Shown: in pieces, positions 18,003 to 26,797 of the stretch
Layout: each line of letters begins with the position of its first letter
Position numbering within the stretch: the first letter of the stretch is position 1
Assembly: GCA_963718665.1 (NCBI GenBank)
Contig: OY970359.1
Coordinates: 1,280,001 to 1,344,000, forward strand
Source: an uncultured Phycisphaerales bacterium
GTDB taxonomy: Bacteria > Planctomycetota > Phycisphaerae > Sedimentisphaerales > Anaerobacaceae
Reading direction: 5' to 3'
DNA: 64,000 bases
Notes under the pieces: generated by a model
Told to the model about the DNA's origin: nothing
The model's database searches: none
The model's input: the letters and a program-made list of their open reading frames with translations, nothing else
Translations under genes and position numbers: made by a program

Positions 18003-18620
18003 TTACCCTTTATCCATAATGGTTGAGAAAATATTAGCGATTTGTTTGGACAAGCCCGATAAGTCGGAATTGTTATCGACGATATTATCGGCGATACGTT
18101 TCTTTTTGTCCAGAGAAATCTGAAGATTTTCACGAATTTTTAGCTGGTCGGCCTCAAAAACACCCGTTTTTTTGGCCCTTTCAAGGCGTGTAGGGGGTGC
18201 GCAATCGACAAAAATGATGTGGTCGCAACGCTTTTCCCAGCCAACTTCGACCAAAAGAGGTATATCGAGGGCGATTGCCCTAACGGCGGACCGGGAATCA
18301 CACTGTGCTATCAACTCTTCGACGCGAGCCATAACGAGGGGGTGCAGTATGCCCGTGAGGGTGACCAGTTTTGCGGGGTCGCCGAAGACCCTGTTTGCCA
18401 GGGCGGACCGGCTGATTTTGCCTTTGTCATCGAGAATCTCTTTGCCGAATACGCGGACGATTTTTTTGAGAACGTCTTTTTCATCGAGGATTTGATGACA
18501 TATTGAGTCGGCATCGATAACAGCGCACCCAAGTTTTGCCAGCTCGGCCGCTACGGTGCTCTTGCCGGAATACATTCCGCCCAGGATGCCAATCACAGGT
18601 TTTTTTCCGCGTTTGTCCAC
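18003..18620 (-). CDS. coaE: Dephospho-CoA kinase
   Basis: IGILGGMYSGKS, DAD, ILHPLV and DIPLL motifs. Confidence 0.92.
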   Translation of the reverse strand: MDKRGKKPVIGILGGMYSGKSTVAAELAKLGCAVIDADSICHQILDEKDVLKKIVRVFGKEILDDKGKISRSALANRVFGDPAKLVTLTGILHPLVMARVEELIAQCDSRSAVRAIALDIPLLVEVGWEKRCDHIIFVDCAPPTRLERAKKTGVFEADQLKIRENLQISLDKKKRIADNIVDNNSDLSGLSKQIANIFSTIMDKG

Positions 18621-18698
18621 AGAAACCGTAATTTATAATTTATCCGCGGAATAGTCAAGTGATTTTGAACAGGCGAAAAATTTTTCGATAAAAATTCC

Positions 18699-18727
18699 TT
18701 GTCGCGTCGAAGTCGTTATAGTATAGT
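18699..18727 (+). promoter_or_regulatory. Putative sigma70 promoter of the HU/IHF gene
   Basis: TTGTCG, 17 bp spacer, TATAGT. Confidence 0.45.
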
Positions 18728-18892
18728 TACTTGCAGTTACTCGGCTTATTTGCCGCGACAACGTTTAAAGAGGATTTGCAGAGGCAAACAATGGTACCCG
18801 AATGGTCAGAAGGCGGGTTAGGGTCAGGCAGTGGTTTTCCGGTGACAAGGGATTTAATTTGCCGCATGCTGTTCGTTGAAGCGAGGTAACAT

Positions 18893-19204
<312 letters not shown>

Positions 19205-19206
19205 AT

Positions 19207-19234
19207 CTCGATACTCGACGCTCGATACTCGATT
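19207..19234. repeat. Heptamer repeat (CTCGANN)x4
   Basis: CTCGATA CTCGACG CTCGATA CTCGATT, right after the HU stop. Confidence 0.85.
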
Positions 19235-19306
19235 GGCAAGAACCGAGCGGCGAATAATAAATTTGAAAAGCGTACTTGCGTTATAGTTGTTAAAGTGGGG
19301 CGGTAT

Positions 19307-19552
19307 ATGTCAGAGGGAACGGTGAAATGGTTTAACTCAAGGAAGGGTTATGGCTTTATCGCGGCGGCGGACGGTAAAGACGTTTTCGTTCATTACTCAA
19401 GCATAAGCAGCGAGGGGTACAAGACACTCAAAGAAGGCGACCTGATTACCTTCGATATCGTGCAGGGAGAAAAGGGGCCGAGGGCAGAGAACGTAGTTCC
19501 TCTTTCAGCCGACACAGCCAAAGCCAAAGACGAGAAGCCGAAGAAATCCTGA
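19307..19552 (+). CDS. Cold-shock domain protein
   Basis: GTVKWFN, KGYGFI (RNP1) and DVFVHYS (RNP2). Confidence 0.95.
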   Translation: MSEGTVKWFNSRKGYGFIAAADGKDVFVHYSSISSEGYKTLKEGDLITFDIVQGEKGPRAENVVPLSADTAKAKDEKPKKS

Positions 19553-19557
19553 GGTAA

Positions 19558-19592
19558 CAGAGGTCAGAAGACGGAGGGCGGAGGACAGATAT
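19558..19592. repeat. Degenerate heptamer repeat
   Basis: CAGAGGT CAGAAGA CGGAGGG CGGAGGA CAGATAT. Confidence 0.75.
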
Positions 19593-19712
19593 CTCCAGTT
19601 CATTTTTCACGCTGGAATAACGTTGGTTTTTTCTTGCAACTTCCCATAATATCTGCTATTTCAATAGTAAGGCGGTGAATGGAACGGCAAAGAAAGAAGG
19701 CAATTTCCGGCT

Positions 19713-20348
19713 ATGTTATCCGCAGGGCTTGAATCAGGTCTCGATTGCAATGTTCTTGTCCTGAACAAGAACTATATGGCCATCCGCATAATCGGCGCGA
19801 GAAGGGCATTTTCCCTGCTTTGTCGCCGGCTGGCGGAGGTGGTGTCATACGAGGAGGGCTCATACGCCAATTACGATTTTCAGAGCTGGTGCGAGGTCAG
19901 TGAACTAAAGCGCAATTTCGAGCCGGATAATTATGACTGGGTATCGACAGTCAGTATATATGTGGCGGTGCCGAGGATAATCCGGCTGCTGTTTTATGAC
20001 CGCCTGCCGAGAAGCGAGGTAAAATTCAACCGCAGGAACATCTTCGCCCGCGACAGAAACCGCTGCCAGTATTGCGGCAAAAAACAACCCATCAGCGAAC
20101 TTTCACTCGACCACGTCCTTCCGCGCAGCGCGGGCGGCAAGGCAACCTGGACGAATATCGTCTGCGCCTGCACTAACTGCAACGTGAAAAAAGGCGGCAG
20201 AACACCCCAGCAGGCGAGAATGGCACTGATACAAAAACCCGTCAAGCCCAGGCACAGCCCGCTTATTCACATTCACTTAGGCCACCAGCGTTACAGCAGC
20301 TGGAAACAGTTCTTAGACAACGCTTACTGGTCTGTTGAGCTGAAGTAG
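19713..20348 (+). CDS. HNH endonuclease
   Basis: RDRNRCQYCG...DHVLPRSAGG...WTNIVCACTNCNVKKG. Confidence 0.9.
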   Translation: MLSAGLESGLDCNVLVLNKNYMAIRIIGARRAFSLLCRRLAEVVSYEEGSYANYDFQSWCEVSELKRNFEPDNYDWVSTVSIYVAVPRIIRLLFYDRLPRSEVKFNRRNIFARDRNRCQYCGKKQPISELSLDHVLPRSAGGKATWTNIVCACTNCNVKKGGRTPQQARMALIQKPVKPRHSPLIHIHLGHQRYSSWKQFLDNAYWSVELK

Positions 20349-20533
20349 ATTTTCAGCGGTCTGCCGCTTCTATACCTTCGCGATATTCCTATAGACAGGC
20401 CAGGTCGAGGTTTTTGGCGGCGGGTCGGCAAACGGGAATTGTCAAAGGCAAGGTCTTGTTTTTCCGGGGTATTTTTGGCGATTTTTGGGGTATTCAGGTC
20501 TCATCCGTAATATAATCCTGCGAGATTTTTTTC

Positions 20534-20563
20534 TTGACTTTCTCTACACTTGTAGAGTATTAT
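20534..20563 (+). promoter_or_regulatory. Promoter with a BlaI/MecI/CopY-type operator in the spacer
   Basis: TTGACT, 18 bp spacer, TATTAT; palindrome CTCTACA-CT-TGTAGAG at 20542-20557 contains TACA-N2-TGTA. Confidence 0.8.
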
Positions 20564-20594
20564 TGCACTTATAAAAACAATTAAGGGGCAAACT

Positions 20595-20984
20595 ATGACA
20601 AAAAGTCAATCGGAGCTAACAGCCGGAGAATGGGCGATTATACAGGCCGTGTGGGACAACGAGCCGTGTGCCGCGCCGACAATCCAGGAAGAGCTTGAGA
20701 AGAAAACCGGCTGGAGTTACAGCACAGTAAAGACAATGATGGACCGGATGGTCACCAAGGGACTGCTGCGGACGCAGAGAATCCGCAATCTCATCCTGTA
20801 CAGTTCTGTTATCACGAAAAAAGAGGCGCAGAGGGGCGAGATTATGCGTGCGGTCAAAAGGGCATTCGGTGGAGCGATGACGCCTATGATGCAATTTCTG
20901 TTAGACAGTAAAAATTTGACGGAAGAAGAGCTAAACCAGCTCGAAGCGATGATAAAAAGCAAGAAGGAAAAGGCAAAGAAGTAA
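20595..20984 (+). CDS. BlaI/MecI/CopY family repressor
   Basis: LTAGEWAIIQAVW, WSYSTVKTMMDRMVTKG and FGG...L...EL..L pattern. Confidence 0.93.
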   Translation: MTKSQSELTAGEWAIIQAVWDNEPCAAPTIQEELEKKTGWSYSTVKTMMDRMVTKGLLRTQRIRNLILYSSVITKKEAQRGEIMRAVKRAFGGAMTPMMQFLLDSKNLTEEELNQLEAMIKSKKEKAKK

Positions 20985-21023
20985 GCCGCGAGAGAGAAGA
21001 CCGCGTAACGGGACAAAGCACTT

Positions 21024-23261
21024 ATGAGCAACGTGCTTGAGCTAATAAATTCAGCGGGAAAAGGATTTGTGGAGTTTGCGTGGCCGATGCTGTGGCAGTC
21101 GGGCATGCTGGTGGTAATATTGCTGGCGTCGGATTATATACTGCGAAGAAAAGTTGGCGCGGTATTCCGCTATGGGCTGTGGATGCTGGTGATAGTGAAG
21201 CTGGTTTTGCCGACGTCGCTGTCAAGCCCTGTGAGTATCGGACAATTTATGATTGTGCCAGTGGGCTTAGTCAAAATCGCCGGCCCTGGAAAGCCGCAGG
21301 CAGGGAACATTTCGGGTATCCGGCTTTCTCCAGACGCGACTGCCGAATCGCGGCTAAATGCACTTTTGGCAGAGCAGCTTGCTCTGCTGAAACGGCCTGT
21401 TTCATCCCTTACCCAATCAAATCAATCTTCGGGAATGCTGACCTGGCAAGGGGGAGTATTGCTGCTGTGGGTGATTGTTGTTGGCGCGATGCTTTTATTG
21501 CTGATGCAGCGGGTGATGTTTGTCCTCGGTTTAGTGCGGCAGTCAAAGGAAGCCAACGACGAAATGAGGGATACGCTTGAGGGCTGTCGCAAAATAATGA
21601 ACATCGGCGGGTATGTGGGCCTGAAGGAATCGCCGAACGCGGCAAGTCCGGCAGTATGCGGGCTTTTCAGGCCGGTTATACTTTTGCCTGGGTGGCTTAA
21701 CGCAAATCTCGATGCAGGGCAGTTTAAAATTATTTTAATGCACGAGCTGGCGCATATAAGGCGCAGGGATTTATGGGTAAACCTTGTCCAGACGCTGCTG
21801 CAGATTGTTTATTTCTACAACCCGTTTATATGGCTGGCCAACTGGATGATAAGGCGCGTTCGCGAGCAGGCGGTTGACGAGGCGGTGCAGGTATCGCTTG
21901 GGGAAAAGTCGCCTCAATACCCGGAGATGCTATTGAATATTGCGAGATTTGCTTTCGGGCAGCCGGTGCTAAATATGCGTTCGATAGGCGTTGTCGAATC
22001 GAGGAGCGCGCTTACGGGACGCATTAAAAAGATGTTGAACGGGCCGGTGCCTAAAACTGCGAAGCTGAATCTTCCCGGGGTGATTGTTGTTATTTTAATC
22101 GGGCTGCTGACGCTGCCGATGGCAAAAAGTATGGCAGAAGGGTCAAATCGAAATGTCGTGACATGTAAAACAAAATCCAAATCGATATGCCTGGTGGCGG
22201 ACAGCAATCAATACTCGCTGAAGGATGCTTTCAAGAATGATTTTCGCATAGGCACGGCGTTGAGTTGTTATCAGCTTTCCGGTAAGGACGCGAATGACCT
22301 TTCGGTGGTGTCGTCGCAATTCAACTCAATTACGCCGGAACATTTTTTGAAATGGGCATACGTACATCCTGAGCCGGGGAAATATAATTTTGATATGGCA
22401 GACAATTACGTGGCGTTGGGCGAAAAAAATAAAATGTTCATTGTGGGTCACGTTCTTATCGCCCCGGACCAGATTCCTGACTGGGTGTTTCAGGATGACA
22501 ACGGCAAAACGGTCAGCCAAGAAGTTCTTCTCAAACGTATGCGGGAGCATATATTGACGGTTGTCAGCCGGTACAAGGGCCGAATAAACGGCTGGGACGT
22601 GGTCAACGAGGCCATCGGAAATGACGGCCAGATACTCGAAACAAAATGGTGCAAAATCATCGGCAAGGATTATATCCAGAAGGCCTTCGAATATGCCCAC
22701 GAAGCGGACCCTAACGCTGAGCTGTATTACAACGACTATAATGTGTGGTCCAAAAAAGATATAGACAGTATCGTTCGGTTAGTCGGCACACTTAAAGCGA
22801 AAGGCATCCGCATCGACGGCATAGGGATGCAGGCGCACTGGGGGCTTTACAGCCCGTCGCCAGACGCGATAGAAAACAGCATCGTCGCCCTTTCCCAATC
22901 GGGGGTCAAGGTAATGATTTCAGAAATAGACGTTTCGGTATTGCCTTGTTACGACATCAGCAAAGACGGCGATATTAAAAATGACCCCGCGTTACAGAAG
23001 AAGTTTAACCCATATCCCGATACGCTGCCCGCCGAGGTGCAGGAAAAACTTGCAGAGCGTTACGGGGAATTGTTCGCGGTTTTTCACAAGCACGCCGACA
23101 AAATCAGCCGGGTGACGCTCTGGGGGGTTCAGGACGGTCAATCGTGGCTGAACCGCTGGCCTGTCGAGGGGCGAGCGGATTATCCTTTGCTTTTTGACCG
23201 CAATCTAAAATCCAAGCCAGCTTATTACGCGGTAATCAAGACAGCACAGAACAACCAGTAA
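21024..23261 (+). CDS. BlaR1-type M56 metallopeptidase fused to a C-terminal GH10 (xylanase-like) domain
   Basis: M56 part: SPAVCGLFRPVILLP, HELAH, NPFIW, REQAVD, RIKKML plus TM. GH10 part (from ~22215): WDVVNE, YYNDYN, GIGMQAH, ISEID, TLWG, PLLFD. Confidence 0.92.
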   Translation: MSNVLELINSAGKGFVEFAWPMLWQSGMLVVILLASDYILRRKVGAVFRYGLWMLVIVKLVLPTSLSSPVSIGQFMIVPVGLVKIAGPGKPQAGNISGIRLSPDATAESRLNALLAEQLALLKRPVSSLTQSNQSSGMLTWQGGVLLLWVIVVGAMLLLLMQRVMFVLGLVRQSKEANDEMRDTLEGCRKIMNIGGYVGLKESPNAASPAVCGLFRPVILLPGWLNANLDAGQFKIILMHELAHIRRRDLWVNLVQTLLQIVYFYNPFIWLANWMIRRVREQAVDEAVQVSLGEKSPQYPEMLLNIARFAFGQPVLNMRSIGVVESRSALTGRIKKMLNGPVPKTAKLNLPGVIVVILIGLLTLPMAKSMAEGSNRNVVTCKTKSKSICLVADSNQYSLKDAFKNDFRIGTALSCYQLSGKDANDLSVVSSQFNSITPEHFLKWAYVHPEPGKYNFDMADNYVALGEKNKMFIVGHVLIAPDQIPDWVFQDDNGKTVSQEVLLKRMREHILTVVSRYKGRINGWDVVNEAIGNDGQILETKWCKIIGKDYIQKAFEYAHEADPNAELYYNDYNVWSKKDIDSIVRLVGTLKAKGIRIDGIGMQAHWGLYSPSPDAIENSIVALSQSGVKVMISEIDVSVLPCYDISKDGDIKNDPALQKKFNPYPDTLPAEVQEKLAERYGELFAVFHKHADKISRVTLWGVQDGQSWLNRWPVEGRADYPLLFDRNLKSKPAYYAVIKTAQNNQ

Positions 23262-23340
23262 ATATTCCAATGGCCTGCAAATCTAACCATTTTCTCTATT
23301 GCGCCGCTTCTTTGAAATTCCGGGCTAATTTGTTTGCGGG

Positions 23341-23369
23341 TTGGTTTTTTTTTGTCGCGCGGCTATAAT
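23341..23369 (+). promoter_or_regulatory. Putative promoter of dxr-rseP
   Basis: TTGGTT, 17 bp spacer, TATAAT. Confidence 0.5.
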
Positions 23370-23398
23370 GGCACCTTAATTTATGAGGCGCCTTTTTT

Positions 23399-24637
23399 GT
23401 GCATAACAGACGTATAGCCATATTGGGTTCGACGGGGTCGATAGGAACGACGGCCCTGCGGGTTATCGACGGGCTGAACGATTTGCCCAGAGATAAATCG
23501 CCGCGGTTTGATGTTGTTGCGCTTAGCGGGCACAGCAATATAAAGCTGCTGGCGGAACAGGTACGGCAATACAGACCAAAATACGCGGTAGTCAGCGATA
23601 TTGATTACGTCGAGCAATTTCGCCGGCAGGTCAAAGGTCTGGACGTTAAAATCCTCGCAGGCCCGGAAGGACTGACCGAAATCGCGGAGCTTGAGCAGGT
23701 TGATACGGTTCTTGCGGCTGTTGTGGGGGTAGCGGGCCTACAGGCGGTCCTGGCGGCGGTACGCAAAGGCAAAAGGGTCGCGATAGCGAATAAAGAGCCG
23801 TTAGTTATAGCGGGGCAGTTGATTACGACGGAGGCGAAAAAATACGGCGCGGAGCTGCTGCCTGTCGATAGCGAACACTCGGCGATATTCCAATCGCTTT
23901 CCGCGGGCAGGCACGAGGAGGTAGCCAAGATAATCCTGACGACATCGGGCGGGCCATTCAGAAAGGCGAACCCGGCGGGGATACCGGACGCGACTATTGA
24001 GCAGGTTTTAGCGCACCCGGTTTGGCGTATGGGGCCGAAGATTACGGTGGATTCGGCGACGATGATGAACAAGGCACTAGAGATAATTGAGGCACGATGG
24101 CTTTTTGACGTGCCAGCGGAAAAAATAGAAGTTCTGGTTCATCCTGAGTCGATAGTTCATTCGATGGTGGAGTACGTGGACGGGTCAGTGATAGCGCAAC
24201 TTGGATGCCCGGATATGTCTTTGCCGATTCAATATGCGCTGACGTATCCCGCGCGAGTGCCCGGGGCGGCCAAGAAGCTCGACCTTAGCCGGCTGAAGAC
24301 GCTGACGTTCGAGAAGCCAAACCCAGAGGTGTTTCCGGCGATTCAGATGGGTTTTGAGGCCGCGAAAAAGGGCGGGACGGCAGCAGCGGTATTTAACGCG
24401 GCGAATGAGGCGGCGGTAGAGCAATTTCTCGCGGGTAATATAAAATTTGGTAATATCGTGGAGCTTGTCCGGCGATGCCTGGACAATTGTGACGCAAAAA
24501 CTGACGCGTCGCTCGAAGAATTGTTAGAGGCAGATGCCTGGGCAAAGAAAGAGGTAACTGAATGTCTGAAAAGCCAGAGGACAGGGAGCAAAAAACAGAG
24601 AACACAAAACACTCACCGCAAACAGCTTCACGGCTGA
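23399..24637 (+). CDS. dxr: 1-deoxy-D-xylulose-5-phosphate reductoisomerase
   Basis: LGSTGSIG, ANKE, LPVDSEH, MGPKITVDSAT and NAANE motifs. Confidence 0.97.
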   Translation: MHNRRIAILGSTGSIGTTALRVIDGLNDLPRDKSPRFDVVALSGHSNIKLLAEQVRQYRPKYAVVSDIDYVEQFRRQVKGLDVKILAGPEGLTEIAELEQVDTVLAAVVGVAGLQAVLAAVRKGKRVAIANKEPLVIAGQLITTEAKKYGAELLPVDSEHSAIFQSLSAGRHEEVAKIILTTSGGPFRKANPAGIPDATIEQVLAHPVWRMGPKITVDSATMMNKALEIIEARWLFDVPAEKIEVLVHPESIVHSMVEYVDGSVIAQLGCPDMSLPIQYALTYPARVPGAAKKLDLSRLKTLTFEKPNPEVFPAIQMGFEAAKKGGTAAAVFNAANEAAVEQFLAGNIKFGNIVELVRRCLDNCDAKTDASLEELLEADAWAKKEVTECLKSQRTGSKKQRTQNTHRKQLHG

Positions 24638-26751
24638 TTCTGCTGGTTGCGGTGGTGATTGCGGTCTGTGTTTTTATTATCCGCAATTTCGATGTTTCAA
24701 GAAATATAATATTAGTGCTGCTGGGTTTCGGGGCGGTCATTTTAATTCATGAGCTTGGGCATTTTACCGTCGCGAAACTGTGTGGGATAAAGGTCGAGGC
24801 GTTTTCGATAGGCATGCCGCCGATTTTGTTCGGGATAAAGAAGGCGGACCGCGGCTGGAAAATAAGACTTTTGCCTGAGCTGCTTAAAAGCGAAGGGGAA
24901 AATTCAGAGGAGGGGCTTTTAAGTTTCACAGTGGGCAAAAAGATTCTGCCCGGCGAGACCGAATACCGTGTGGGACTGATTCCGCTTGGCGGATTTGTCA
25001 AGATGTTAGGCCAGGAAGACGTGGGGCCTGTGAAGACAAACGACGACCCGAGGTCGTTTTCGAATAAGCCGGCGTTGTCCCGCGCGGCGGTGCTGGCGGC
25101 TGGAGTTATATTCAACGCGATAAGCGCGGTGATTGTGTTCATGATAGTATTTATGATAGGTATCGGGCTTACGGCACCGGTAGTGGGCAACTTAGTGCAC
25201 GGGTCGCCCGCAGAGAAGGCGGGGCTAAAGCCAGGGGATGAAATAATCGAGGTCGGCGGCACGAGCGGCCGGCTGGATTTCAGCGACATTATGATGGCGG
25301 CGGTGCTTTCAGGAAAAAAGGAATCGATACCGCTAAAGGTCCGGCGAGCCGACGGGGCAATCGAGAATGTTTCGATAACAGCGGAGCAATTGCCCGGGGG
25401 GCAATCCCGCGGATTCGGAATACAAAAACCATTGACGCTGAAATTGGCGAAATTGCCGCCGCAGGACGCCAATCTTTTGTTTACGACAACGGGTTTGAAG
25501 CCGGGCGACATTGTAAAGGCAGTCGATGGAATCGATGTCAATTACACCTGGCAGGTTGAGCCAATAATCGAGGGGGCATTTGAGCCGAATATCGAGATTC
25601 TGGCACAGAGACGCGATTCGTCGGGACGGGAAAATATCGTCGAGGGCCGGGTGTCGCTGAGTTTTGCTCCTGCGAAGGATTTTGTCTGTGAATCCGAAGC
25701 CAATCTCGCCAATATCTGCACAATGGTTCCGCGGCTGAGAATAGCGGCTGTATCTGAAGAAACAAAGTCATTGAGGAAATGGCTGACTAAACTTTTCGGC
25801 GGGAAAGACACTAAACCCGGATTAAAATCCGGTGACATATTAGCGGCGGTAGCGGAAGTTGAAAACCCGACATTTTTTGAGCTGCGGGAAGTAACAAAAC
25901 AATATGAAAACAAGCCGCTGCCTGTAACAGTGCTTAGGACTAATGCCAACGGTTTTGAAAGCCGCCTGATCGTATCTGTGATTCCGCGATGGGACACTGA
26001 TGCCAACCGTGTTGTAATCGGCATAATACCCGAGCTTGACGCCAAACATCCCATAATCGCCAAGACAATCGCGACGGAACGACATCCGAACGCGGCGGCG
26101 ATACCCAGAGGGGCAACGATAACGGCTATTGACGGCGTTGAGGTTAAGAATTTTTATGATATTGCACGCCAGTTGAAACGTAATTCAGGTCAACATGTTA
26201 CGGTTGACTGGCGGCTTGATACCCAGAAAGCAGGTAACGCCGTTGTTGATGTGGGCGAGAAATGGGACGTTGTCAGCGCGAGCGCGTTCACGGAGCAGTC
26301 GCTACCATTCGCGGAAATGGAACGGCTATACAAAGCGAACGGGCCTGTTGACGCGATAGGGATGGGATATAAACGCACGAAGACGTTTATCATCCAGACG
26401 TATGTTACATTGCATCGGCTGATAGGCGGGCTTGTAAGCCCCAAACAGCTTATGGGGCCGGTGGGTATTCTGACATTCAGCTACAGAATTGTCGCGGCGC
26501 AGCCATTTGTTTATTATGTTTATTTCCTGGGGCTTATAAGCGCGTCAATAGCGGTGCTGAATTTTCTGCCGCTGCCGCCATTCGACGGCGGTTTGACGGT
26601 GCTTTTGCTGATTGAGAAAATCAAAGGTTCGGCGATAAGCGTGCGGACACAGGAAATCATCGCATACGCGGGCTGGGGAATGGTCGGCACACTTTTTCTG
26701 TATGTGACGTTCAACGATATAGGGCGTCTTATTTGGGGATTCTTTAGCTGA
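24562..26751 (+). CDS. rseP: RseP-like site-2 protease (M50) with multiple PDZ domains
   Basis: HELGH, IPLGGFVKM, PDZ-like repeats and NFLPLPPFDGG; follows dxr. Confidence 0.9.
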   Translation: MSEKPEDREQKTENTKHSPQTASRLILLVAVVIAVCVFIIRNFDVSRNIILVLLGFGAVILIHELGHFTVAKLCGIKVEAFSIGMPPILFGIKKADRGWKIRLLPELLKSEGENSEEGLLSFTVGKKILPGETEYRVGLIPLGGFVKMLGQEDVGPVKTNDDPRSFSNKPALSRAAVLAAGVIFNAISAVIVFMIVFMIGIGLTAPVVGNLVHGSPAEKAGLKPGDEIIEVGGTSGRLDFSDIMMAAVLSGKKESIPLKVRRADGAIENVSITAEQLPGGQSRGFGIQKPLTLKLAKLPPQDANLLFTTTGLKPGDIVKAVDGIDVNYTWQVEPIIEGAFEPNIEILAQRRDSSGRENIVEGRVSLSFAPAKDFVCESEANLANICTMVPRLRIAAVSEETKSLRKWLTKLFGGKDTKPGLKSGDILAAVAEVENPTFFELREVTKQYENKPLPVTVLRTNANGFESRLIVSVIPRWDTDANRVVIGIIPELDAKHPIIAKTIATERHPNAAAIPRGATITAIDGVEVKNFYDIARQLKRNSGQHVTVDWRLDTQKAGNAVVDVGEKWDVVSASAFTEQSLPFAEMERLYKANGPVDAIGMGYKRTKTFIIQTYVTLHRLIGGLVSPKQLMGPVGILTFSYRIVAAQPFVYYVYFLGLISASIAVLNFLPLPPFDGGLTVLLLIEKIKGSAISVRTQEIIAYAGWGMVGTLFLYVTFNDIGRLIWGFFS
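24575..24612. repeat. Degenerate heptamer tract in the dxr/rseP overlap
   Basis: CAGAGGA CAGGGAG CAAAAAA CAGAGAA CACAAAA. Confidence 0.6.
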
Positions 26752-26797
26752 CGATAATAATAAAGGACTCATTTATAAATCAGAAAGGATTCTGGAA

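Noticed and set aside
19713..20348. HNH gene as part of a CRISPR, restriction-modification or IscB system
   Set aside because: No repeat-spacer array, methylase, RuvC motifs or transposon ends nearby.
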